NCBI GenBank assembly: GCA_000934665.2
Contig: KZ538041.1
Coordinates: 124,001-147,182 of the forward strand
Length of the DNA: 23,182 nt
Reading direction: 5' to 3'
Source of the DNA: Catajapyx aquilonaris
Lineage: Eukaryota
The notes under the pieces were generated by a model. It was not told the DNA's origin and did no database searches. It saw only the letters and a list, made by a program, of their open reading frames with translations. Below are positions 9,295 through 22,163 of this stretch, one piece after another. Made by a program: the position numbers and the translations under genes. Numbering within the stretch: position 1 is the stretch's first letter; every line of letters starts with the position of its first letter.

Positions 9295-12200
9295 GACCCC
9301 TCATATGTAACGTGCCCAAATTGTTACATCGCAAACATCCTGCCCCTGCTGGAGACGCTAAATTCACAGACTTTTCCATGTATTGCAATCACAAGCACAC
9401 AAAGCCCGCATGTACTGTACGTACTTGCCCACTGTATACAGTACATATCAGATACAAGCAGACACGACCTGTTTCAAGACACCCTTGGTACAGTGTCCTG
9501 CAACCCTCCTTTGAAACACATGCTCGCACCACCAGATACAGTCATCTAGTAAATTATTTTCACGCACCTTTTGACCATCGAATCCAACCCCCCGTATAAT
9601 TTTTGCAACAAAATCTGGTTCCTCCGGATCAGCAAACCCGTAGTTCTCCCTCGCACTTTGATCCTCCGGTTAACCCATGCAACATGAGTACAGTCCTCTT
9701 CCGCTGGCTGGTCCCCGAATCCTGCGGCGCTTAAGTGTCCAGAATGGATTTGCCTCTCGCTTTGGTGAACTGCCGGAAACGTGCCAAGTGTTGTGCTCCA
9801 CCTTAAAGAGCATGTCCGTTGCGAAAATCTCGCGACTCGACTACAAACGACCATAGAAAAACGGGGAAAAAAATGTGCGCTTCGGATTGCATCGATTTCG
9901 ATTTTTTAAAACCAGTGATGGCAACATGTTTTCTCTATCCGGAGGTTAAAGTGACAGCGGAACTCGGAATGACTGATGGACATGACAAATGTTCATGAGC
10001 ATGGAGCCATCAAAGTTTGGGGACCCTGATATATACTGGCACAAATAGGCTTCATTTTTTGAGGGAGATATCGGAGCAATATTTCGAAAAGGTCAGCCTG
10101 GGAGAATCATTTCCTGGACCTGATTAGGTCCTGATATACCAGAGGGCAAATCTGCTTTCAAAATTCATCATTGCATAATGTCAAAATGTTATTATTCGCA
10201 TTTAAGTACGTTTAATTACATTATTGCACCCACAATTCACACAACAAATTATGTGGCCAAACGAGATTTTATAACCCAGCAGGGAGAATCTGCAAACACA
10301 TTTCGACATTAACAACAACCCAATTCCCATCCCAAGCATATAACTAAATAAAATAGAAAATGCAAATCACATCCCCTGCATATCGCAAAGAATTCGCAAA
10401 AAAAGGGCGGCCCAGTCTTCATAACATGCAAATGAGTCTCGAATGGCTAAATTATGCCCCACCAAAATTGCATGTCGGAGTAAATTAGGTGGCTTCTTAA
10501 AACAGGGGCATTGAGACAGGGGCATTTCCTGCCCCGAGGCAACTCCATAACATTATCATCCGCTCCATTACATGCCTCTGGACCCAGCGATTCCTTAACC
10601 CTTCGGGTCATTACCTCAAATATGACGATGTCCTCCGAATGACGTCTCGCCGAATAGGCCAACCCTCTATAATTATATGCCCAGTTTTTACAGCCAAAAA
10701 AAAAAGTTGAAATTCTGCGAAACTCCAGGGAGCCTTTAAAAATGTCATAGCTTCAGGGTGACCTTTTTTTTTCCAGGGGAGACCTGGATTACACAAGTGT
10801 CATGACAGCACTGGATTCAGTACGATGAGGATGCTTGTGGGCCGGTGCTAATTGCATCCGATTTTTTGGGACGGAGAGCTGGGGGTGCAAACTCGATTTC
10901 CCATTGGATAGCTAGGCTGCTGGGATGATGAATTTTTGGGGGGGATGGTGAATAGGTTGGCATAAATATGTTGCGCAAAATTGAGTGGGAGAGTTGGATG
11001 CAGTGTTGGAAAGTTGCACATGCCGGATGATATTGTGCAAATTGGGGGGGCTTGAGGGCTGGGAGACTGCAACAAGCTTATGGTGATTTGAAGTGAACTA
11101 AATTTTTTTCCAAACTGCATAAAAAAAAGTTTGCGTGCGACACAACGCTGGATATTCTGCCAATACTTCACAATCTCTACAAAAAAAATGGTGGTCCAAT
11201 TAGGTCGTACCTGAAGTGTACATAAAAATAATTGGGTCTGATAGCCTGACATCAAATGGTATAGTTATGTTATTTTTAAAACGCGTTGGCTTTCATCACG
11301 AGCATCATTAAATCCCGGAGTTATACATGCCCTCGTGAGCACTTTTGCAGGAAATGTCCAAATTAACTGGGATGGGAAGAGTCCATGGGTTTAAAAGTGG
11401 TTTATGCTGAATTAAACTACGAGCCGACAATCATTTATTCAGTTGATTAGGAGCGTTATTATTGCAGCTCATTATTCATTTTTGCACTGGGATTAATCCT
11501 GTTTTAGTTTTTTTCCCCGTGTTTTGTTTCAAATATGAATATGATGCAGGCTTTTTCATAATGAGCAAGAGCTACATATAGAACATCAAAATCGAAAAAG
11601 ATTTGAGCATAAAAATATTAGCAGCTTAAAGTGCACCATCAGAGAGCTACAAGAAATATCAACTGCACGTTCGGTAATCTAATATTTACTATTTTAAAAT
11701 GAATTTGAAATTAAAGTACAATCGCAATTTGCGGTTCTTGAGATTTTAATACATGCGACGAATTAACACGAAAATAGTCAGAATGATTGTAACATGCTTT
11801 TCTAACTTTCACAGACAGTAGCAGGTACACTTATACTGTCAGTTAATGTTTCTGAGGGGGAAATTGCAAAAACTTCACGTGTCATGTCTGAATTCATGGT
11901 TCTTTGAGCGGGACATTAATAAAAACTGCACTGCGCCATATTTGCAATCGCCACTAGTTGTTGGTTCCTACAGAGACTAGTTTCATAAAAACACACTGAG
12001 TTACGTACACTGTGCATATGCGATGAGGGGGTTTTTCATCTGCACTGAAATTAACTAATAAACGATCACATGTCAGAAAATGCTAACGAGCTAAAAAAGG
12101 TAGAACAAACATCCTACTTTTTCAGGACGGAACTGTTGACGGCAAGGCAATTATTATTTTATATTGCGGTACTCGTAATTGTGCAAAACTGCAATCCAGG

Positions 12201-14002
12201 GATGCAAAGTTAATATTTCAACGTGCGAGTGCAAACATTCAACCAAAATATTCATAAATTGATTCAATTGCGGCTTCTGTCTATGAGTCGTACAAATGCG
12301 AATTATTAACGGAAGAACTAATTTTAAACACAAGCTTTAATACTGGCACTTCACCGGTAATCAACGGAAAAACCAAAACTTTAATAAAGTTACAGACTGA
12401 GAGCTTTTAACATTAATCGTAGTCTTCACAAGGTTTCTAATAATGACATCATTTTACATAATGAATTCATAACTACATTTTAACACGCGCTAACAATAAC
12501 GTTAGTTCGAAATATCACAATTCAACACCTTGTCTTGCAAACCAGAACTATTGTAGTACCTTTGTACTCTATGACCACCAGCTTTCAGTGCATTAATTTT
12601 GGGCACCGAAGTAAGGCTAACCCAACTCACGGCTTTAAGCCTTTGTTAATAAGCTCGGAAAATGTGTGTACGCGCATAAGCCAACGTCTTATCCCATATC
12701 CACACAGTACATTTTCCTGCCGACTGCAACTGCTTAATATTTCCATATAGTGTATGCTCAACATGCATTACGAATAACATGCCTCGATGAGTAAATTTCA
12801 GACTCCCTAAGGAGGAAAAATACCTACAAGCAGCTTATTTTGACGACGCAGTTCTGTGAGACTTATTTCCTCAGGTAGCTCCTACAAGAGAGAACTTCCT
12901 ACGCATCTCTGCTCAATCTATCGTAAAATATCAGTGCAGCCATAGCGACCATTCTATACACCTTATCTCAGTCATGCAGTGCAGTTCTCACACCAGCAGA
13001 ACCCCACAAAAATCCTCAGATTCAACGGTGCAAGACATGAAAATTCCCCCGGATGAGGTCCCAAAGTAAGCTGACCCATCCCCCCCCCGTTCTAGCTCTC
13101 TGAATGCCCCTTTCTTCAATTAGTCCCCACTTTCCCTGAAAATTAGCCCCATTTCCTCTCGGCGCCGCTGTTGAAACAAGTTCAAGCATCTAAATGTAAC
13201 AATATGTCAGCAGGAAACCAATTTGTCTCTCTTGCAATTGTCCTCCGTGTCTTCCCCGCCCCCTCCTCGAAGTCCGCTTTTCCTCTCGACTCATTGCCAT
13301 CAGTTTGTCTGCGTCATTGCCGATGAACAAAAGGGGAAGAACTCAGCTGAAAAATAAGCTCTTCACTTGAGAACGAGAGCATCTGGAGAATGGCAACGTC
13401 GCGCGACCTTTAAAAAAACCGTTGGACTGCGCGCGCATGTTGAACTTCCATAGGCCTTTGCATTTCACCTGGCTTTAACTACCATGTCCTAGCCCATGCT
13501 CTAACTTTACAACTCCCAAAATTATGGACATACTTTTTTCCCCCCCTCCCCACAGCCAGGGTGGCCCACCAACTAATTTGCATCCGTCGTAACTTGGAAG
13601 TATTCTCCGTCAAATGACGTCGGACGATCCGGCAGAACTACCCCACGACTCCATGTTTTATCCCCGTCCGGAACAGTTTCCAGCGGCCATAAAACACCCT
13701 ATCCCGGAAAAGGAGCCCACGGATGAAGATCCTCCGAGTCAACACGCAACACAATCCGATCGAGTCTGTTATCGTGCCCATTCCTTTTTCTTCTGACAGG
13801 CACAAACCGTCATTTATTTCCAGATTGAAAAAGTTTTTCGGTTGGTTCTGGTCGTATAAGGCTGGGGGTATTGGTTCTCCATCTCTAGGGTTATAATTAG
13901 GTCGAAAATCTGGCCATTTGGAATGGAAAAAATAACGTCCATGTTATTCCGCACTGCGCTATGAATGATGCATTTTGTCGCCTGGGTTACGAGAGAGCTT
14001 CA

Positions 14003-14048
14003 GGGGGGGGGGGGGGGGGGGGAATTTCCCCNGGGGGGAATTTGCCCC
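14003..14048. other. Poly-G tract (G20) followed by two GGGGAATTT(G)CCCC quasi-palindromes around one N
   Basis: G20-AATTTCCCC-N-GGGGGGAATTTGCCCC read directly. The duplication around the N could be a scaffolding artefact. Confidence 0.85.
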
Positions 14049-15011
14049 TGGTGCAGCCCCGAGTGTGTCATAGCCCATGGAGGACAAGATAGCAAAGCTG
14101 GGGGCGGTGGGTTTGGACAAAAAATATATAAAAAAACGAGAGACACGCTTGATTCGTCGTTTTCATAATTAATTCCATGCGGGTTACATGAGAGGTGAAG
14201 GAACTAAACCGGGGCAAAATTACCCCTTTTTCTGGAATGTGCGGGCGGTTTTTTTTAAATGAGCTGGGCTAATTCGAGTGAAACGTTAGATCAAATTGAG
14301 TCCTGGAATGCACAGCATGTCACCCCTCCACTTCCAGTTACCTCCAGACTGCTGGGTCATAAAACTGCCCCACCATTCCTGACATATTGCATTTTCGAGC
14401 AAGGATGCTCAGGGCTTTTGTACCCAAGTTTGGTCGTCTCAAACGGTGTCATTTCCAGCCAAAACAAAGCGAGACCCATGTGCAGGGCAGGAATCTCCGC
14501 ACTTGTGTACATTGTAGTGCTTGGAACGATACAACTTCAATGGTTGGAGTTGCTATTTTTGGGGGGCTGGGTTTTTGCACAAAAGGCAAAACCCGAGGGC
14601 TGCACTTCAACCTACAAGTGCCTTTTACAATCGCTCTTCATCACCGGAGCGATACCATTCCCACAGTACGCCCGGAAAATTAATTGAAGTCGGTACGTTG
14701 CATGTGGGCAGTATTTAATTGTATAACATTTTGTGTCAGGCAAGCGGAAATGACTGTTAATTAAAAAGTCCTCTCGAAACTGCCATGTTACCTTGAAGGG
14801 AATATTGGCATAGAAATTCACTGTCCAACCTGTGCTTCCTTATCATTCAATTCCCTGTGGAGAAGCTGCCTTCAAGCTCTGAATATGTCCTCTCACTGCA
14901 TGCATGTCCCCTGCTGACAAATTGGTCCTCAACTGTCACGAAGCTTGTGTATGGTCAGAATCGATAGCCAAAAAGGCAGTGAAGAACAGAGGTCGTTAGT
15001 CAGCCGGAAGG

Positions 15012-15028
15012 CACACACACACACACAC
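15012..15028. repeat. (CA)8 microsatellite
   Basis: CACACACACACACACAC read directly. Confidence 0.9.
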
Positions 15029-17642
15029 GTTTATTCAGTCCAACATGGTTGAAAGAGAGAACCGGATTCTTTGCTCGCTTTCTTGCACACATTGATCCGG
15101 AAACTCCGGAAGTAAATAGACATGTATTCCTTTCATCTATACTGCGCGTTTGACGGCTCTGCTCCGGGGGGTCGGCTTTTATCTACTTATCCTGCACACA
15201 GTCAGCATGCATCGACTATGCTCGTCTCTGAATGTTCAGCAAAGGTCTGCAATACTGGGTGGTGCACTGGGAAAGTCACCAAACTGCCCCTGAAAAAGTA
15301 GCTTCATCCTTTTTCTTAGAAGCTACGATGCATAGTATCTTCGTGTTCTTTTGACAGGAAGATACTATGATTGTTTGCTCAGAAACCACTTTAAATCATG
15401 CGAATGGGGTTGATAAGAGTATACAACAACCCCACTCTTCTGAATGATGGCACTGAGTATCTGCTGAGCAACAATGGTCAAGATGATGACGTGACAAGAG
15501 TGGTCGATGAAGTCTGGCTCCATCCCTCGCTTAACATCCATCAGAGGTGGTGTGGCCGAGAGGAAATTGCTGATCGATGAGCCTCAGCCTCGATCCTTAT
15601 TTCCCTCGGCGGAAGGTGTTAAAGCTTATCTGTCACTTGTGAAAGGCTCCGATGAGAGTGATCTGGGGGGCTATCCAGAAGGCTTTTTTCTCCGGTTCCT
15701 CTTTCGTGAAATTCTCTCTCTACCCCGCAGGCCCACTCCACAACTCATCCGCGATAAATGATCCGCCACTACCCACATAAACTGGAAACAGGCATTACGT
15801 TTCTATCTCTCTCCGCGTGCTTTCCAACTCCCTTTTCAGGTCCTCCAACCTTCAGCAGGACAAATAATTCCGAACTTACGTGTCAAAAAACAGGCAACAA
15901 TTCTCCTGGATTTTGGCTCAGCAGGTTTGGAAAGCAAACTCACTCATTATCTGGAAACTGGAATGACAAAAGAAACTGTGGAATAAGTTCACTTTTATCA
16001 GAGGAACCCTGAGTAAAGCTTCTCTCATGAAACATTCCTTCCTTTTGTCTTCAGTTCCTTTTCCAAATTAGCGCTCGCGTTAATTTTACGCCAAGTCTGT
16101 CGATTAAGTTCAGCTGTGACATAAAAGGCTGCATGTCTGTATCAGCAGCTTGCTCCTTTTCAATTAACATTGTGCACACTTTGAATTCTGCAAAAGTGTC
16201 ATTTACATGTACTTTTTTCATTCTTCTTTTTTAAAAATGTGTCATAACTGAACCTCCAGCACTTTTTAGAGTGCTCTTCCCAGAAACACCAAGAACCGAG
16301 CCATAACCGACAGCGACATTCTTGGCAAAAATGACTCTCAGAGCCACTTTTCCCCATCTCGTTTTTGTCCCTGTTAACTGCAGAACAATTTTAATCACAC
16401 CGGAGCTGGATCCTTAGTCGGGACAGCAAAACCCGTGAAGGGAGAGTTGAATGTTTTACGAGGGTCGAGGGCCATGGGAATAATGAGGCCTGTGGAGGTA
16501 ATTTGCTGAAAGTGACGCCCGGCAGAAAGTTGAATGCTCGTGCCAACTGAGCAAGAGGGGAAAAACCGTTGGAAAAAGGAAGGTAGGCGAAAATTTTCTT
16601 GCTAGGGTCAGAGGTTTACCAAGACTCCGCACACAGTATGCCCATAATAACTAGGTATAGGGATGGCAAAACAGGGCTTCTGATAAATGAGCTGGTTGGT
16701 ACACCACAAAATTACACGGGGCCGGCATACTCGCTTGGCATTTTTGGAGGCGTTAGATTGCGTGAACATATATACAAAGCTAGATTTAATGGCATGGGGG
16801 TGGTCGGCGATAAATTTCAACTCGTGCTGCCACGTTTCAATTATACGCCTCACACCACGTGTGGGTTGGATACGCAACAATGTGGCAACCATCTTTTCGG
16901 AACGGTTGGTTGTGTTGATATGAATTGATGGTCCCCTAGCAAGCGGCCATCTTGGGTTAGAGCGCCAATGGTGGCTTCCGTGGTGTATCTCCTACCACAA
17001 TTCCATGGAGGTGTCTCCCGAGGCCAATCGCGGGTATGGGAAGTAGGGATTAAACAAGGCAGAGTTGCGGCCTCAAACACTGCGAGGCACTGAGGCGTTT
17101 GATTAACCGGAACCCTCCGCGCCATAGAATAGCATGTCTTTGCTCCTTCCTAATTCCTCAACTAGGCACAAACTAAGTAGATTTGGATGTCGGAGGTACA
17201 TCGGCGGGATCCTCAAAATGGAGATGAAACCAAAACAGTCCTTCAGGGCGGCCTTCTTCGCCGGGTGTTCCGAACATGAATATGCAAGCTTCCCCCCTCC
17301 CAACCATCCTCCATCACATGCTGCCTGATTCCTGATCGAGTTCAACTAACAGGTCTCGTGTGTGGCGTTCCCTTCAAAAGCACTTCAGACACTCCAATTT
17401 GAGCTCGAATGGAGGCAGCGATTTTGTCAGAAAAATCTAGGAGGGAATTGCGAATACCACGGGATGTCAGCGACTTCGCCAAAAAATTAATGAGGCATGT
17501 TTTTTTTCATCTATACCTACATAGCACAGCATGGTGTTGTCAGGTCATGGGTCGACCTTCCCGCGATGCGACGGGTCACCATCCAATCGGCTCCTTTAAG
17601 CGAGACACTCACTGGCACTTCTCTCTGGCAGTACATTTCCGC

Positions 17643-17830
17643 ACCGAGTGTGCCATCTGCTTCGAGTGCGCACTTTGAGGAGGACTGCCCCCGGAAAGAC
17701 CTGCGACGGGAAGTTTCTGTCGACGTCGCCGAGAAACCGCGAGGAAGTCCGCGGACATGTCACTTGTCTCGCCTGCACTTCCAGGACCATATCCTCTTTC
17801 TCATGATCGATAACTTGCTGGGAGAAGAGG
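17643..17830 (+). pseudogene. Degenerate RING (C3HC4-type) zinc-finger coding relic
   Basis: TECAICFE (17643-17666) lies in one frame and EKPRGSP in a second. RGHVTCLAC (17750-17776; CGC is one change from TGC) and ITCWEKR (17810-17830) lie in a third, separated by an in-frame TGA. Order and spacing fit C-x2-C...C-x-H-x2-C-x2-C...C-x2-C, but frameshifts are needed and two Cys positions are substituted. Confidence 0.35.
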
Positions 17831-20306
17831 GTACCGTAGGTGGTGAAGAGAAAGTTTTTTTTAAAATTGTGCGAGCATATAAGCAGAGAGGTCTGGGTGA
17901 TAACTAGTGCTTTCTAAAACTCGGGTGGTGTCAGACCCTAGGTCCCCTAGGTAGTTATAAAGGACCGAGGTGTCTTCTCTGGCAGGGTTTTTGCGACGGT
18001 ACAGCCGGAACTTCCAGCTGCCAGGTACAATTCGGGTTTTTGCGAACCGCCAGGCTGGTACGACCGTTACGCATGACGAAATAGAAAGCGACCAATCAGC
18101 GACGTGCTTGGGTCTCACGAGATAATTCCCCTTAAACCGGCTCGATTAGCACCCGATTTTTAAACAAAAACCACGCTTTTCTCTAAACCCAAGATCACCG
18201 GAAGCTGGATTCACAAAAACAGGAGCAGCTGTTTGGGATAGATTTTTAGGCGTAATTCTGGGCCTAAACAAACGATTTAAGCCTATGGGGTGAATCCGAA
18301 TCTACCACGGAAATAAAAATAATTTGTAGTTAACTTTGTACCCGGTTGCTAATTCAGTCGCAGAAATTCATACACTTTTTGTGAATACTCAATGTAGTTC
18401 TATAGGACTGCTCTAGGACAGCATCTCATCCCTGCACCTCTAAAGGAAACAGTCGCACAGGTGCACGCAGATCGATCTGTCTTCACGACTTACGTCACCC
18501 TTTACTAAACCGAGCTCTAATAAAATATTCACACGAACAAACGCTAATAGACTCCGTGTGCTTGTTGATGAGATCTAAGACAACAAAGGAAAGGCTATTG
18601 CTATTTAACACCCGGCTTTATCCGCGTCTTTTCATAGGCAATGCACTAAAGGAATAATCAGCTACACAGTGCAGATATTTACTCGAACTGACGTGCAGTT
18701 TGCACAAACTATAGAGTTTCCATTGTGCGCTATATTCTTTTGGCGAACAAGTTTTCCGCTAGAAGGTTAATAAACAGCTCCAGGAAGGTCTGCCGTGAAT
18801 GTTGTTATAACCTGGAGCTAAGCAGCATGCAGCAATGTGAACACATGAAATTCAATCGGCCGTTTTCATAGAATACACTGCGTTTTGAAAGCCTCAAAAC
18901 AGACGCATATTAATCTTGCGATTAATTCCAGTACTTCGAAATTCACAGCGTGATTAATTCACTTTAATCCGGTCTGAGGACAACGCATTACAAACAATCA
19001 CATTGGACAGGCTATAGACCGAGTTAATCCACCTCGGCGCAGTATTGGACCAAACACTAACCGTGAAAGACAGTGATAATTTGATTTCGCCAAAAGCCAC
19101 GGCGACCATGACATAACCACATTTCTTGCAACACTTAACGCCCATTGCATCAACACAAATTGATGGAAAATTATGGCAATAAGCAAGAGATTTTCTCCTT
19201 GAAGTGTCTAGTAATAAATGTGGTCTGTAATTGATAGAGAAGACCCGCATTATAGACAATGCCGCTTAGTGCTTCCAGCGGATATCTAGGAACATAAAGC
19301 ACCAGGAAGCTGCAATGGACAAGACAGCACATCTGCCAAACTAAGAAATACAGCTCCTGGCTTCATATCAAAACGGAATGGTCAGGATAAACTGACGAGT
19401 TCGGAACCCCAAGCCAGCTGGCTCTCTCTGCCCTTTGACGCATTATGCTTTATCCGGGCTTCGTTCAATCTCTTTGATCAAAAACACCATCCTTTTCCCC
19501 CCCACGGAAGCACCACTTATGCCCTTTCATCTCATACAAATTCTCACAATGATAACTTTTGTATACGAATAATATGGAAACATGTTTGCTTCCTCATAAT
19601 GGACCATTATGGATGGTGAAAATTTCAATATTATATTACACCCTATATCGCCATACCCTTTTCTTCGGAAATTCAAACCTGACGCAGCACAGTTCCGCAA
19701 AATTAAATTACCGCGCCTTTTCGCCCCCTAATTCTGTCATACTGCGTAACTATACTGCCAAGTTATTGATACCTCACAGCTAACCTAAAATTTAATCACT
19801 AAAGTGAGCTAAATGCGCCTCAATTCGAATCCTCAGTCCGTAAACTCCTTCAAACCCCTTCCCAACAGCCCCAAAATATAACCCACTTTGTGACAATAAT
19901 GCCCTCCATAATGAAACACAGATTGCACGACATGATGTGCAAAACGCGATTGCAGCCCATGTTATGCTCAAAGCGCCCCTCGGCACCGCTGTAGAAAATT
20001 AAGACCATTGTCTCTCCCCATGAAACTAGATTATCTCTACCCCCCCTCCCCCTCAAACTACTTTTAAAATCCGGCTAAAAAGAGGTCCTTTTCTCCTACT
20101 ACTTGCCCTGCATCTCTTTTGTTACTTCTTCAGACATAATTACGCACAACTGGAAGAACCCGGAGCGGTTACACCCTTCTCTAATTCAACTCCCAAAAGT
20201 TTGCCAGGAAACTTGATTATGCAGCGATTTAATTAATGTCTACGCAACGCGCTTGAAACGCGGTTCTGAACGCGCCCCGGAAATAACGTTTCGGCCAAAA
20301 AAATCA

Positions 20307-20327
20307 GGGGGGGGGNGGGGGGGGGGG
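20307..20327. other. Poly-G tract containing one N
   Basis: G9-N-G11 read directly. Confidence 0.9.
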
Positions 20328-20876
20328 TAACTCCAAGGAGAAAACGGCCCTCGATGCAGATTTGGGCCCTGGGAGCTTCTGCAGAAGCCGTGGCCTCAAT
20401 TTGCACGCCCAGCAATCTCAGGTATAAAGTGTCCACCCCCGTAGCACGTTTTCCCTGAGAGTGTCTTTGATCTCGAGGATATGCGAAAAGTTAGATCCGT
20501 CGTAAATGCGGGTAAACTGAATCAAGCTTTGTAGAAGGCGAGGGGGGGAAAAGGGTAAATATTTTAGGTAATTAAGAATGCAACGAGCCGGAGCGGCGAA
20601 ACTCAAATAAGAAGTTTGTTAAAAAACAATGCGAAGATGTCTCAAAGAAAGTGGGCGCTATTATGTTTTTAGTGCGTCAATATCCTGCAGGTTCGAAGCT
20701 TGAAAACAAACAGTTGTCAGGGCTACATATTTGCATAAGAGATGAAAACGCCTGGGGTTATACTGCACATGACGTTAATAATCAACACTGTTTAACATAT
20801 GCATATTCTCTTAAAAATAAATAAAAAACTGTAGACGCGCGACTTCAAAACGAGCATCGTACAGCAATTCATAAAT

Positions 20877-20942
20877 GTGCAGAGGCGGTGGGTGGGTGGG
20901 AGGGTTCCTATTTTTTTTGCAAAAAAAAAAATCGAGCCAAAA
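20877..20942 (+). repeat. Degenerate dispersed repeat, copy 2 (partner at 384-440)
   Basis: Same ordered motif set as 384-440, with a (GGGT)n-like insertion between the blocks. Confidence 0.45.
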
Positions 20943-22148
20943 TATGTGCCGCCGACAACGTCCTGGAAGGTAATACCTCACCCTGGGGAAATTTCCAACA
21001 GGCACGTCCGAATCAGATCTAATGAAAATTTCATGCATGGCTTACGTACAGGCTATATAACCTTCCGCAACCCTTTTAATGTCAAAAAATCCACGTTGGG
21101 GAAGCGAGGGAAAAATTCGTGAGAGAGAAAAAAAAAATCGGGCGTACGAATGTCACAATTTGGCGCCAAAATAATTAAGCCGAGCTGAGTGCATCCTCGC
21201 CTCGCGAAAATCGTTTGTTTGCAGGAGAAGCGAATGTGCAAATATGTGCTTCTAGGTGCACAACAGGTTCTTCAACTTTAAAAAAAAAATGCGCATCTGT
21301 CCCAATCATCGGAAATGTTTAGCCTCGTTTGTTATCTGACTTGATGGTATTATAGAATCGAAATCTCTTGATGGATATCCCCATGGGTACACTGTACTTA
21401 GAGGATCATCAGCGATTATTTTTAGCATCAATAATGGAGGCTTTTAAAGTTGGAGTTAACATAGACAAGGCCCTACCAAACCCGTTTATTTTTTTGGGCA
21501 CAAAATGGCGCACTCTATCTATAGACATCCTATGCCACACACTCGTAGTGCATTCAAGAAGTGCACGATTTAGCATGCAGGTACTGTATACACTCCTCCG
21601 AATCCCCAATTCTCCATAAGTACACACAAGTCTTCACTATACACGTCTACTAAAAGGGCTTTTAAATATTTAAAATCCGTCAATAATTCACATTATAAAA
21701 GCAGCATACTTTCGGCAATTTCACCACAATACCCGCAATTTTTGGTGTTTTTACATTTTAAAACCCCCGCATTAAAACCAGTAAAATGGAGCCATCAGTC
21801 TAAATCCGGGTCCAGTTCTTTAATTCCCCACGGATGGGGGCCAAGTAACCCCGACGACCCGCGTTCCTTGTCAAACCATTTGAAAAATCCTCTTCCATTA
21901 CGAGGGCGGGCAGAAGGAAGCTGGAGGGGGTTAGCAGCAAAGATCGAACCAGGCCTAGGAGCTAGATCAGGGCTCTTGTCCCTCCTAAATCCCAGCCATC
22001 CGTTAGTCCTGGGAGCTGCTACACCATCTCCTCAGAAAGTCAAGTCGAAGAGGGTTCCAGAAGGTGGAGCCTTGGCTTGATTTACTCGACCTGAGACTGG
22101 CCAAAGCCACTGAAGTCCTCCACGACATTAATAACGGGGCCTGCTATG

Positions 22149-22163
22149 CCCCCCCCCCCCCCC
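22149..22163. other. Poly-C tract (C15)
   Basis: Read directly. The window also ends in a C run (23174-23182). Confidence 0.9.

Noticed and set aside
12802..12855. Short + strand exon LPKEEKYLQAAYFDDAV (tttcag...gtgaga)
   Set aside because: Splice signals are plausible, but it is too short to assign and has no supported partner exons.
14019..14048. Tandem NF-kB/Rel sites (GGGAATTTCC)
   Set aside because: They abut a poly-G tract and straddle an N, so an assembly duplication or a repeat-end motif is more likely.
15358..15447. Terminal exon after a strong acceptor (ttcttttgacag)
   Set aside because: All three frames close within 30 codons with unrecognisable peptides, and there is no linked upstream exon.
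16599..16928. 109-aa ORF and overlapping ORFs as a gene
   Set aside because: An acceptor-like site precedes it, but I recognise no domain and three overlapping frames are equally open.
19890..19990. IBR/RING2-like motif EHNMGCNR on the minus strand
   Set aside because: The cysteine spacing does not fit the domain; resemblance is limited to a few residues.
21930..22000. tRNA or tRNA-derived SINE on the minus strand (GGTTCGAT B-box-like)
   Set aside because: No convincing A box and no cloverleaf stems.
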